Assembly: GCF_006345805.1 (NCBI RefSeq)
Contig: NC_043010.1
Span: forward strand, 38,316,001 to 38,380,000
Reading direction: 5' to 3'
Length of the DNA: 64,000 bases
DNA from: Octopus sinensis
Lineage: Eukaryota
Positions 12,608-24,440 of this stretch are shown piece by piece. A program made the position numbers and the translations under genes. The number at the start of each line of letters is the position of its first letter. Positions within the stretch are counted from its first letter, which is position 1. The notes under the pieces are model-generated. The model was not told the origin of the DNA. It saw only the letters and a program-made list of their open reading frames with translations, and searched no databases.

Positions 12608-12830
12608 CAGTAATCCCCCGGCTATCGTTGGTGTTACGTTCTAAAACCCTCTGCGATAGGTGAAAATCCGCAAAATAGAAACAGCACTGTACTGTATATA
12701 TATATTTTTATTTTATAATTGGTATATATATTTATTCTATATTAAATGCAAAACAACATCACGGAGGGATTGACGTAAGCTTAAATAATAAACCGCGATA
12801 TGTGGATCGCGATATGGCGAGAGATTACTG
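12608..12830. mobile_element. pogo/Tigger-like MITE
   Basis: Imperfect TIRs CAGTAATCCCCCGGCTATCG / CGATATGGCGAGAGATTACTG, followed by TA. Confidence 0.65.
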
Positions 12831-12859
12831 TATACACATACATACACACACTGATATGA

Positions 12860-12958
<99 letters not shown>

Positions 12959-13264
12959 TACATGCATATATGTACATGCATATATATATATACATAAAAG
13001 ACCAACCCAAAAAGGGAGTTTCTGCATTATCGTTTGACATTAGAAATAACATCGAATTCTTCCTCAAATCATGCTCAGTTGTTTTCTAAAAATAATTAAG
13101 AATACATTTGATAACAAAAAGAAAAATGGGAGACTCAAGGTCTGAACGCCTTTAAGATAGGTTTGCTCAATGAAGACCAACTTGAGCAGCGAGGTTAAAC
13201 AAAAATAACTGAAATATATTTTGTTATAGGCATCCAGTGAACTAAAAGTTGAACCTTTTCTACT

Positions 13265-13470
13265 TGTAGGCATAAGGCCCGAAATTTTTGGAGAGGGGGA
13301 CAGTCGATTATATCGACCCCAGTGCGTAACTGGTACTTATTTGATCGACCCCGAAAGGATGAAAGGCAAAGTCGATCTCGGTGGAATTTGAACTCAGAAC
13401 GTAGCGGCAGACGAAATACTGCTAAGCATTTCACCCGGCGTGCTAACGATTCTGCCAGTTCCCCGCCCTG
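13265..13470 (-). mobile_element. SINE family B (further copies at 40570-40770, 45070-45265, 46195-46400, fragments to 50320)
   Basis: Full unit from tail AAGGCCCGAAATTTT to head CCGCC. Confidence 0.85.
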
Positions 13471-13795
13471 TTGAACCTATATATTACTTCTTGAACTGAG
13501 TGGGATGGAAGACTTACTAACATTTTCTATTCAGAGCGTGTAAAAATATATAACTAAATGGCTCAAAATATTTAATCTGGTATTTTTGTATTCCTGCAAG
13601 TCTATCTTCCATATTTTCACATCTTTAACGAAACAAATCCACTCATTCATACATTCGCCAATTTATTTCCAGAAAATATCTGAATAACAGAGTTGACATC
13701 CCACCAAAAACAACAAAAGAATGTTACGAAATAAGCCGTAACAGAACGTAAAATAACGGAACTTTAAATCAAACGAAATTTAAATAAATACTCAC

Positions 13796-13978
13796 AGATG
13801 TCCTTGCCAACCAGGTGCACATGTACAATTCCCAATAATTGGATCACAATCACCTCCGTTCTGACACTGACACATTTTTGAACAGTCTTTCCCGTAGAAT
13901 GGTACCGGACAGGGCTGCTGGCATCGTTCGCCTTTGAAACCGGGACTACATTCACATTTACCAGTCCCTGGATGGCAT
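13796..13978 (-). CDS. MEGF10: Coding exon 11: RCHPGTGKCECSPGFKGERCQQPCPVPFYGKDCSKMCQCQNGGDCDPIIGNCTCAPGWQGH
   Basis: 183 nt, phase 2-2, ttattttag| ... |gtgagt. Confidence 0.95.
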
Positions 13979-14094
13979 CTAAAATAAAACAGAATATATT
14001 TACCGAATATATAGGTATTTTAGCTTATTTTGACTAAGTACAAGATTAGTTTATATATATATATACTCAAAATAAGCAACAAGAATGACTCCGG

Positions 14095-14187
14095 TAATTT
14101 GGTACAATCGTTTCGTACTACATCATTTTATTAAATGTTGTAAGTATTACAACAGATTTAAGATGCTGAGTACTCATCAGCCAGTTA
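14095..14187 (-). ncRNA. Type I hammerhead ribozyme-like motif, canonical core
   Basis: TGG-CTGATGA-GTAC...GTAC-GAAA-C(GATT)G-TA-CCA; extended stem II hairpin; GUA cleavage triplet. Confidence 0.7.
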
Positions 14188-14558
14188 TAGAGGTTTTCCA
14201 TTAATACAAAAATGTTCAAATCAAGTGGCAACATTATAGAGAAGGTAGATATACAGACAAAGATGTATATATATATATATATATAAGCCTATGTCAATTT
14301 TTATATTGGTCTACAACTCGGTAAGAATGTTACACACAAATACGTACACATACTCACGCACATACACACAGAGGCTCACACACATGTATATATACATACA
14401 TGTGTAACAAGGAATACGTGATGCTTGTTGTCTTCTTGCAGCATGGCCTGTGACTGACCTTACACGCAATTTGACAGTTGTTTCTGTCTCTCTTTAGCCA
14501 ATTATTATTCTACCATCAACTTATCGCTATCTATATCGCTGTGTATAAGACAACTTAC

Positions 14559-14628
14559 CGCATTGTGTTCTGCCAGTCACATTCACATGTATGAGAACAG
14601 TATTTTCCATAAGTGATCGGTGAACAAA
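14559..14628 (-). CDS. MEGF10: Coding exon 10: VCSPITYGKYCSHTCECDWQNTM
   Basis: 70 nt, phase 1-2, tactttcag| ... |gtaagt. Confidence 0.93.
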
Positions 14629-14780
14629 CTGAAAGTAAAAAAAAGAATGCTCAGTACTTGGATTAGTGCTAATGTATTTTAATCTCGAGTTGTTATTCAT
14701 TTTCGTGAGATTACTTGTCAAACGAAAAGTGATTACATGAAACTTGCCTGATGAACAAAAAAAGGCGAAACTCCAAAGTA

Positions 14781-15870
14781 TTGGGTCATCCCATAAATAA
14801 TGCGGATTTTGAATTGCGTGATATAAAAGTCGGAGGGAGGCGGGATAAACTACCTGTATCAACTCACTATAAAAGCAGATAGTAATTTTAACTTGCCTTA
14901 TTCTTAGTGCAAATTTTGAAGAGAGCAGTTCAATTTTTACATTTTTTTAAATTTTCAAAACTATAATGGAAGTAACAAAGGAGCATATTTTGCTTTTTGA
15001 ATTCCATAAAGGCAACAACGGAAAGTGCGAGGAATATTGATGCAGCACATGGGGATCGGACAATAAGTGTAAGCCAGTTTCAACTGTGGTTCCGGAAATT
15101 CCAGCCCAGAAACTACAGCCTAGAAGACGAGCCTTGTCCTGGAAGATCTGTAGAGTTCGGCGAGGACGTCCTGCAAACCCTGGTGGAAGAAAATCTCATC
15201 GCAACTGTTGAGGAACTAGCAGAGAATCTTGGGCTTGGTCATTCAACCATTCATCGACACCTGCGTGCCATCGGAAAAGTCAGCAAATTGGGTCAATGGG
15301 TTCCTTGCATACTTTCCAAGTCTAATCGCGCGCAGGCTAAAGAAGGTCTTCACACACGTAAGGTGTTGTTATCTGTTTAGTGGGATAGGAAAGGTTTAGT
15401 CCACTTTGAACTTTTAAACCCAAACCGAACGATAACAAAGGAGATCTACTGCGAGCAGCTCGCGCGGCTTAAGTCAGCGCAAGAAGAAAAATGACCATCT
15501 TTGGTTTCAAGACGAAAGATGTTCTTCCATCAGGATAATGCTCGGTCACAGACAGCGAGGATGATATTCCAAAGACTGGAATGTCCATATTCACCGGACC
15601 TTGCCCCATTTGATTATCATTTATTCCGCAGTCTTCAAAATCGTTTGGATCGAAAAAAAATTTGAATTCTGTAGACGAGGTCAGAACAGTACTAGAGGAG
15701 TATTTTTCGTCACGGACAAGTGAATTTTGGAAGAGGGCCCTTGCAATAGATGGAAGAGCATTGTAGAAAATGAAGGAGAGTACATTTTAGATTAAAAAAG
15801 AACTTCGTTTATCTTAATTTTGAAAAACAAAAGAAGTATAAAAATACCGCATTATTTATGAATGACCCAA
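14781..15870 (+). mobile_element. Decayed Tc1/mariner (mariner DD34D-type) element
   Basis: TIRs TTGGGTCATCCCATAAATAATGCGG / CCGCATTATTTATGAATGACCCAA, flanked by TA. Frameshifted transposase with HTH, WVP(C)IL and PYSPDLAPFDYHLFRSLQN motifs. Confidence 0.92.
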
Positions 15871-15924
15871 TAGTACAGAACCTACTAGATTTAAATATAA
15901 ATATCTCTACTATGAACATTTAAC

Positions 15925-16068
<144 letters not shown>

Positions 16069-16599
16069 TACACACATACATACTTACATATACATAGATA
16101 CATGCATATGTATACACATATATGCATACACACACATGTATAGGTGTAATGCATCAGTATGTGATGATGATGTCATCGTTTAATTTGCTATAAATACTCT
16201 TAATGGGGGTCCATTGTGTCATGCCAAATTACTTCATTTTCTCCTCAAATTATCGAGGTCAAAGTAGTCTTATGGAACCTATTCATAGAATCAGGTTGTA
16301 AAATATAACTAAGAAGAGCATAGAGCATAGTCATTCTGCAAAAAACGGGAAGCTGAAATGGCTTAACTGTAAATGGAAACGCAGTTCGTCGCACCAGAAC
16401 ATTAATATTTATTACTGTTCTACAGGACTGTGTCTTCCGATGGTGAAGGTATATCGTCTTTAAATATACAAACGCGAGCAGAAGTAGATATTGATGGGTG
16501 TTAAGAAGCTTACTTCCCAACCTTGTGACTTCGGGTTCGGTTCTACAACGTGGAGCCCTTGGGCAAGACTTTTTTTTGTTTATACAAGGGTATATCTTT

Positions 16600-16925
16600 T
16601 AATCTTTTACTTGTTTCAATCATTTGATTGCGGCCATGCTGGGGCATCACCTTCAATTTTTAGTCGAATGTTTCGAGTCCAGTACTTCTTTTATAAGCCT
16701 GGTACTTGTTTTATCGATGTCTTTATGCCGAACCGCGTAGTTACATGGATTCAAACACATCAACACTAGTTGACAAGCGGTGGTAGTGGTGGTGGGACAA
16801 AAACAACACACACGCACACGACGGGCTTTCTTTTCTGTTGCTGTCAACTAAATCCATTCACAAGACTTTGGTCGGCCCGAGGATTTAGTAGAAGACAGTT
16901 GCTCATGGAGCTACGCAGTATCTGG
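16600..16925 (-). mobile_element. SINE family A, diverged (other partial copies at 6745-6920, 8150-8240, 48845-49040, 53875-54075)
   Basis: Partial homology to the family consensus seen within the window. Confidence 0.7.
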
Positions 16926-17750
16926 ACCTGTATTTTGATGGTGATGTTGGAATCCTGGCACCACGCAGCGGCGCCCGTTCTCTGCGGTTGGAGTAACTTT
17001 GAATGCCAAAGTTTGGGACAAGACCCTCCAGGATTTTCCAGATGTATATCACTGCATATCTCTCCCGCCTCCGCTCCAGGGAGAAGAGGTTAATACCTTC
17101 AGTCTTTCCCAGTAGCTGACATTTTGCATTGAGACGATTTTCTTTGTGTAGCTTCTCTGAGTTGCTTCGAGTTCTGCTGTTTGTTTTATATTGTGTGGTG
17201 ACCAAAGTTGGGAGCAGTGTCCAGCGGCTGATGACAAATGTTTTCCATAGGACCATCAGTGTCTCCTTCTCTCTTGTTCTGAAAGTTCGGAGAATCCATC
17301 CAGCTAGCCGTCTGCATTTTATCACCAGATTAGCAATATGCATTTGGAAAGATGCATCATTGCTCATGTCATGCCCAGGTCACGCACTGATTTTGACTCA
17401 GGGATTGCATTCCAATTCCTGGGCCAGTGTATCCAGTCTTCACGTCATTTACCTTTGGTGCCAGTAGTAACGCAGGGCCTGGAACTTACCTGCATTAAAC
17501 TGCATGTTGTTGTCCTCAGCCCACCTGTATATTGTGTCCAGCTCATGTTGCAGATGCGCAATATTTCAGGGTTTTGTATTGCGTGGGAGACTTTTGTGTC
17601 ATCTGCATAGCTAGCAAGGGTGGTCATCGTAGCAACTGAAGGCATGTCTGAAACATGAACATCAGTGGCCCCAAGACAGTGCCCTGTGGGACACCGCTTG
17701 TTATTGCGTTTCCCTGGAGGTGGCTCCATTGCTCACAACTGCCTGTTTTC
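16905..17750 (-). mobile_element. CR1-clade LINE reverse transcriptase fragment (decayed)
   Basis: LASYADDTKV, WILRTFRTR, LE..QR.YTK, FSLERRRER motifs across frameshifts. Confidence 0.88.
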
Positions 17751-17778
17751 TGTCTTTTAGGAAGACATATATATATAT

Positions 17779-17895
<117 letters not shown>

Positions 17896-17992
17896 TATTT
17901 TATAGAAGGAGCTTCTATAAAATAAATTAATTTACTCTGCTATGTATTGAGTACCTTATTTACTGTGGTTAACCCCGACTCAACCCGGGACC

Positions 17993-18042
<50 letters not shown>

Positions 18043-18479
18043 GAGAGAGAGATGTATGTATGTATTCATATATATATATGTGTGTATGTATGTGTGTGTA
18101 TATATATATATATATTGGGGGAACAAGAAGAAGAAAATGAAGAATAAATGGATGTAATTACCAATTTATTTGTATGTTACAAAAAGATGACTTGGTGGGT
18201 GGGGGATAACAGTACAAATAAATTGATAAGTTGAAAGCTCAAAGAAAAGTAAATTGCGATAAAAAATAAATAAATAATAAAAAAAAAGAAATTAAAATAA
18301 AAAAGAATTGATTTATTTTTCTTTGACGATTCAACTCCTGATTAATTTATTTGGACTGTTTTCTTTTTTTTTTTTAATGTCATCTTTTTGTAACATAGAA
18401 ATGAATTAGTAATTACATCCATTTGTGCTCCATTTTCTTCTTGTTTTTCCACCGGTATTGATAATTTCAATAATCCTGA

Positions 18480-18908
18480 ACGGAGTGGCTGCGTGGTAAG
18501 TAGCTTGTCTACCAACCACATGGTTCCGGGTTCAGTCCCACAGCGTGGCACCTTGGGCAAGTGTCTTCTACTATAGCCTCGGGCCGACCAATGCCTTGTG
18601 AGTGATTTGGTAGACGGAAACTGAAAGAAGCCGTCGTATATATATATATATATATATATAATATAATTATATATATATATATATATATATATGCGTGTGT
18701 GTGTGGTGTCTGTGTTTGTCCCCTAGCATTGCTTGACAACCGATGGTGTGTTTATGTCCCCGTTACTTAGCGGTTCGGCAAAAGAGACCGATAGAATAAG
18801 TACTGGGCTTACAAAAGAATAAGTCCCCGGGTCGAATTGTCGATTAAAGGCGGTGCTCCAGCATGGCCGCAGTCAAATGACTGAAACAAGTAAAAGAGTA
18901 AAAGAGTA
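18480..18908 (+). mobile_element. tRNA-derived SINE family A (octopod-type)
   Basis: Head GGAGTGGCTGCGTGGTAAG...GGTTCAGTCCC (A/B-box-like), central (TA)/(TG)n, tail ...GCTCCAGCATGGCCGCAGTCAAATGACTGAAACAAGTAAAAGAG. Confidence 0.85.
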
Positions 18909-19027
18909 TATATCAATGACTTTTGCATTATATGATACGGATTAAACCAGTGGAATACATTGGATTATATAATCCCTAACATTGGATTATATAATCCTCA
19001 AACTAACTGTGCGCGCGCGTGTGTGTG

Positions 19028-19320
19028 TTATTGTGTCTGAGGAGAATCATTCTCTTTTAGTGCCTTATTATTTAGCACACTCACCGGTTCGATTTCCACT
19101 CATTTACTTGTTTATTTTTTTCTGAAACTTTCGTTGAGTCTTGCAACCTTTTCAATAGTCGTTGACTCTGATAACGGATAGAGTCAACGTCTATTGAAAA
19201 GGTTGCAAGACGCAACGAAAGTTTCAGAAAAAAATAATAAGTAGATGAATGGAAATCGAACCGGTGAGTGTGTTAAATAATAAGGCACTAAAAGAAAATG
19301 ACTCTCCCCAGGCACAATAA
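19028..19320. repeat. Long imperfect palindrome (142-bp arms, 10-nt loop)
   Basis: Centre GTTGACTCT-gataacggat-AGAGTCAAC; the arms pair outwards to TTATTGTG/CACAATAA. Confidence 0.9.
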
Positions 19321-19390
19321 AATATGCTTCAACACATGAATTCACATAAAGAATCTTGGAAATTAAATACAAAAACGATATATGTATGTG

Positions 19391-19454
<64 letters not shown>

Positions 19455-19460
19455 ATATAT

Positions 19461-19514
<54 letters not shown>

Positions 19515-19598
19515 ATATTATATTCAAAATGTGACCGCGTATGTACCGTTGGCGATTTTTTCCTCCGTCTCCCCTTCTTGGATCTTTCCTTTTCCTAT

Positions 19599-19633
19599 GT
19601 TTCTGACGAAGAGCTCCGCTCGAAACGTTAAAC
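19599..19633 (+). ncRNA. Minimal type I hammerhead-like motif
   Basis: GTTT-CTGACGA-A-GAGC-TCC-GCTC-GAAA-CGTT-AAAC. Confidence 0.6.
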
Positions 19634-19728
19634 CCTCCTTCTTTCCTTCTTTCCTGAGCGTCCAATAATACGATACTTGTTCCACGTCCTCGCGTTGTTG
19701 TTTTCTCTTTGTGTTTTCATGTTTGGAT

Positions 19729-19772
<44 letters not shown>

Positions 19773-19998
19773 GTTGGTGAGAAAACAGAAAAACTACCTT
19801 TTATGAGCAATGTTCTCAGAAGTATTTGTTTAGCTTCAACTTGCAGACACTTCTTTACCACCACTTTTAACGTCAGAGATATGTGGAATCGGTGACTGGT
19901 CCGCTAATGTTCACCAAATGTGAAATAAAGTAAATGAAACCGAACTCTAGCAGTAGGCACAACAAAATACTCGTGCTTCTTTTTACATCCATCCGTCA

Positions 19999-20184
<186 letters not shown>

Positions 20185-20191
20185 TCATCAC

Positions 20192-20245
<54 letters not shown>

Positions 20246-21066
20246 TCATCATCATCATCATCATTCATCATCATCATCAACATCATCATCATATTCATCA
20301 TCATTATAGTCATCATTTATAAATAAATTTACGGATTATAGCTATCTTGTTTACAAAGCCATATTTTAAGAATTTCAATGTCTTGAGTTTCATCATTACC
20401 ATCAGCAGCATCAGCATCATAGGCTTAACGTACTCTTGTCTATGGTTGCATAGTTAACACGGAATTAGTTGACGCATATATTTCTACGGTCTGATACCCT
20501 TTCTCTCATCAATATTCGTCTGTTTCTAAGCAAGAAAATATTTCCCCTTGACCAGACATGTTTGCATGCTTGTATGACGAAGAGGCCCGTTTATAACTAT
20601 CATGCAGTGACAAGGAGACACAAACACATGCATACATACAAATACATTATATACATATAGAAACACACATACATATATACATACAAAAATATATATACAC
20701 ATAAATGACTGTGTATAGAGTGATGTGATACTTTCTTTGTGACGGTTTTTCTTTTCCCATGGATACTTCGAAAGAGATGTGGTATTCTGTATTTTTTTCT
20801 GAAGGGGTTTAAAAGAGGCCATATTTTGATATAAACAACTCTTAAATGAGTTTTCAGTTAAGCCTATGTAAGAAAGTATACTACTGACTTTTCCTTCTTT
20901 GTTCTTTTGTTCATTTGCATTACCTGTTAACTGAATATTGCTAGGACATGCACAAATTTTGACGGCCATAATTATCCCCTCTTTGGTTTGTTTTATATGT
21001 GTTCACACACACACACACACATGCGGTCATTAATTACCAAACAAAGGAATCATTATTTAAACTTAC

Positions 21067-21203
21067 CTTTCACCACTTGCACCAGGTGGGCACTGACATT
21101 CTCCCGTAAACGTGTCACACACGCCGCCGTTATAACAGCTACACACCTCCTTGCAGTTTTTACCGTAGCGGTTCTTCGGGCACGGTAGAGAACAAATATT
21201 TCC
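21067..21203 (-). CDS. MEGF10: Coding exon 8: GNICSLPCPKNRYGKNCKEVCSCYNGGVCDTFTGECQCPPGASGE
   Basis: 137 nt, phase 0-2, cactgtag| ... AAG|gtaagt. Confidence 0.95.
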
Positions 21204-21469
21204 CTACAGTGATATAAATGACATAATTATGATTTGATAGCAAGCAGCGTTTTTTCCCGCGGTATTCCGTTAAATGCGGTTCGCCTTTAGATGTGTGATG
21301 GTGTACGAGTAAGAATGTATGAATAAATTATAGGGGATGTGTATGCACAATTGTGTATTAGTGTGTGTCTGTGTTGTGTTAGCAATGATATAAGGTGTTA
21401 TAGATAGATAATATTGATGTAGCAGCAATATACGCCATCTGGTGAGGCACTTTGTCCGTTGTGGGAACC

Positions 21470-21915
21470 CCCACATGCATTACGACCATATGTGCGCGAC
21501 GTGGTGGTCTCATATCAAGATAAACAGTGCATGATCTTGCAGGTAGGGCCCAAATGGAATTTTCTTCAGGTTGAGTAACTCATTCCAATCAAAACGTCCC
21601 TGAATAAGGTTTGTATAAGGATGATGAATGAAACATTCAATTTTCCTGAGGTGAATTATTCAAATCCCAAAGAATCCCTCTCAACACATGGCTATGATGC
21701 TCCCCCACTACTTCTGCTTGTGATTAGAGATGCAAATCCACAAAGGACATGCTCAACTGGTTAAGGTCAAACAACTAACAAATGGTATTGAGCAGAATAT
21801 TTGCTGTAGCCCATCTTTTATACCAAGACAAAACAATGTACATGATAACACTTCCAATCAGTTAAGATCAGAAGCCATGAGGGCCACTGCATGGTACTGC
21901 ATCAACGCATTGGAG
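21470..21915 (-). mobile_element. Family C retroposon, 3'-deleted, diverged
   Basis: Homologous to 42760-43210. Confidence 0.8.
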
Positions 21916-21926
21916 ATTCCAGCGAG

Positions 21927-21965
<39 letters not shown>

Positions 21966-22030
21966 ATTGTTATTATTGTTGTTATTGTTGTTATTGTTGT
22001 TATTATTGTTATTATTATTATTACTATTAC

Positions 22031-22118
<88 letters not shown>

Positions 22119-22246
22119 ACTGTTGCTGCTGCTGTTGCTGTTGCTGTTGTTATTGGCAATAAGAGTTAGGTACAATAGGAGGAGCTAATACAAACACTGA
22201 AGGATTTACATCAACATATAAGACGAAAGATATTCGTATTACTCAC

Positions 22247-22358
22247 AGTCCATCCTGGTGGACAGTCGCAGGAGCCATCATGGGGGTGACATATACCTCC
22301 ATTGTGACATTTGCACTTAGACGAACAGTTCTCACCCTCCAGACAAACCTGATCACAC
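22247..22358 (-). CDS. MEGF10: Coding exon 7: [38 protein letters not shown]
   Basis: 112 nt, phase 2-0, gatttcag| ... |gtgagt. Confidence 0.93.
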
Positions 22359-22899
22359 CTGAAATCAACCAAAGAATAATGATATATATTTTTTAAAGAG
22401 ACAAATCAATATCTATAAGGCTGAAATGCGAAAAAGTTGTTTGATTTCTTGGTTATTTGTCTCATTTTGGGATGGGAACGGTTTAATGAGCAGTATATGG
22501 GGTTGGCTTGGCGCCAAAATTTACACTGGGGGTAAAATGGGGTGGGCAATGGTGTGAGGAGGGTTGCAAGTCACTCGGGGCTACCGATTGGTGAGGAATA
22601 TGGGAAAAATTGAGTTTTATGGATAGAATAATGGTGGCTTTTCGTGTTGCTGCAGGGGCTAGAGGCGGTTATCTTTAATTGTGGGTGTAAAGATTTGGGG
22701 GATTTTGGAAAGGGGGGGGTAAAGAAGAGGGCAATAAAAAAGAACCAGGCAAAGACGAACAAAAGAAGAAAGGGAAAAGGAGACAACACGCACAAAACAA
22801 CACCACCACCAAAACCCGAGCGAAGCACGAGTCAAAATAACTAGTTTTAATATAAAGGCAAAACTAATGTCAACGCACACCGTCATCATCAGTGTCATC

Positions 22900-23110
22900 G
22901 TTTTAACGTCTACTTTTCCGTGCTGGCACGGGTCCATCGAGATTTGTTGAAGCAGATTTTTTCGGCTGGGTGCTCTTCCTATCACCAACACTCGTCCGTT
23001 TCCAAGAAAGGTAATTATCCCCTATTTTCCCATCGGGAGACATTTTTCCACGGGAAATTGGAAACAGCCGACACTGCTTTTACGACGGCGATGCTCGTTT
23101 ACTACCATCC
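22900..23110 (-). mobile_element. SINE/LINE fragment with RTE-type 3' tail (also 6525-6700, 26160-26360)
   Basis: TTTAACGTC..TTTTCC.TGCTGGCA.GGG is the reverse complement of an RTE-like 3' terminus. Confidence 0.55.
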
Positions 23111-23588
23111 TTAAGACAAGGAAAAACAAACACATGCAAAAAACATATCGACATATATACACATATCTATAAACGTATGTATGCGATGTGTTTCTTTTTT
23201 TGTCTATTTCCGTTAACCAGATCAACTCTCAAGGATTGACGCGAGACTATAATCGAAGACATTTGCTCAAAGTGCTTTGCAGCGAGATTGATCCCAAAGC
23301 CATGTGGTTGGAGAATGAAATTCTTAATCGTGCAGCCATATCTGCGACTTAAGTAGTTCGTTATATCGAAATCAACACCCACCGGATGAAGAACCACTGT
23401 TGTGGCGACACCAAAAAGAAATAACGAATTCCCTTGAATGCATATGAAATTAATTTGAAATACAGAAAAAAGGATGGGTTAAAGCGTGCACTGACGTGAA
23501 ATTTGAGTGCAGACACAGATGTAAAGATGTGTATGTCTTTATGCATGAATAGATAACCGTATAGTTATGCGCAAATAGAGTAAATAGA

Positions 23589-23698
<110 letters not shown>

Positions 23699-23813
23699 TA
23701 GATATAGATATAATTATAAGTTAAATAATGAGGGTAGAAATTAATATTATTAATATTAATTTAAACCAGTGGCTAGCATACTTAAAAAATCTCCAAGGAC
23801 TATAAATTATATT

Positions 23814-24212
23814 ACATATATATAAAAGTGAGGTTGTGTGCTGTCTGTTACCTACGATTTAGATTCCTAACTACTCCCACATTTTGCGGTGCAGTTTAAC
23901 CAAAACCGGGTATCTTATAGTCGTGGTTCATATCGAGCCCTTCTGGGTATTAGCGCGCGTCTACGATGAGTCTACGATTTTTAAAAAATTTACCATCAAT
24001 TTTTCCCATTTTTAATGCATTTTTGACATATATAAGGGAAGTAACTCTCTAAAAATTTATTATTAAATCTCAGAACGTAAAAAGCTACAGTAACACCCCC
24101 CCCACCCTTTGTGGTTAGCCATATTGAGATGGCTATTATACTTTACATCTCTAAAAATGCTTATATAGTTATTTCCCTTACAAACCCGAGCAACGCCGGG
24201 TGAGACTGCTAG
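23814..24212 (+). mobile_element. Non-autonomous Helitron-type element
   Basis: 5' ...TATATATAAAAGTGAGGTTGTGTG; subterminal hairpin CCCG-AGCAACG-CCGGG; ends CTAG followed by T. Confidence 0.8.
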
Positions 24213-24216
24213 TTAC

Positions 24217-24440
24217 ATATATAAATAAGAGGCATAGCCACCAAGATGGATTCCTAATATGCTAGAAGAAGACGCCAAATCGCTTTACCACGAAGAATAT
24301 CTTCTCAAAACATTTTTGGGAACATATTCTGGTGTTTGCTAAAATCTTTTGAGAACATATTCTTCGTGATAAGGCGTTTTAGCGTCTTCTTCTAGCATAT
24401 TAGGAATCCACCTTAGTGGCTATTCCTTTTATTTATATAT
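24217..24440. repeat. Foldback/MITE (~94-bp arms, 36-nt loop)
   Basis: GGATTCCTAATATGCTAGAAGAAGACGC / GCGTCTTCTTCTAGCATATTAGGAATCC. Confidence 0.88.
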
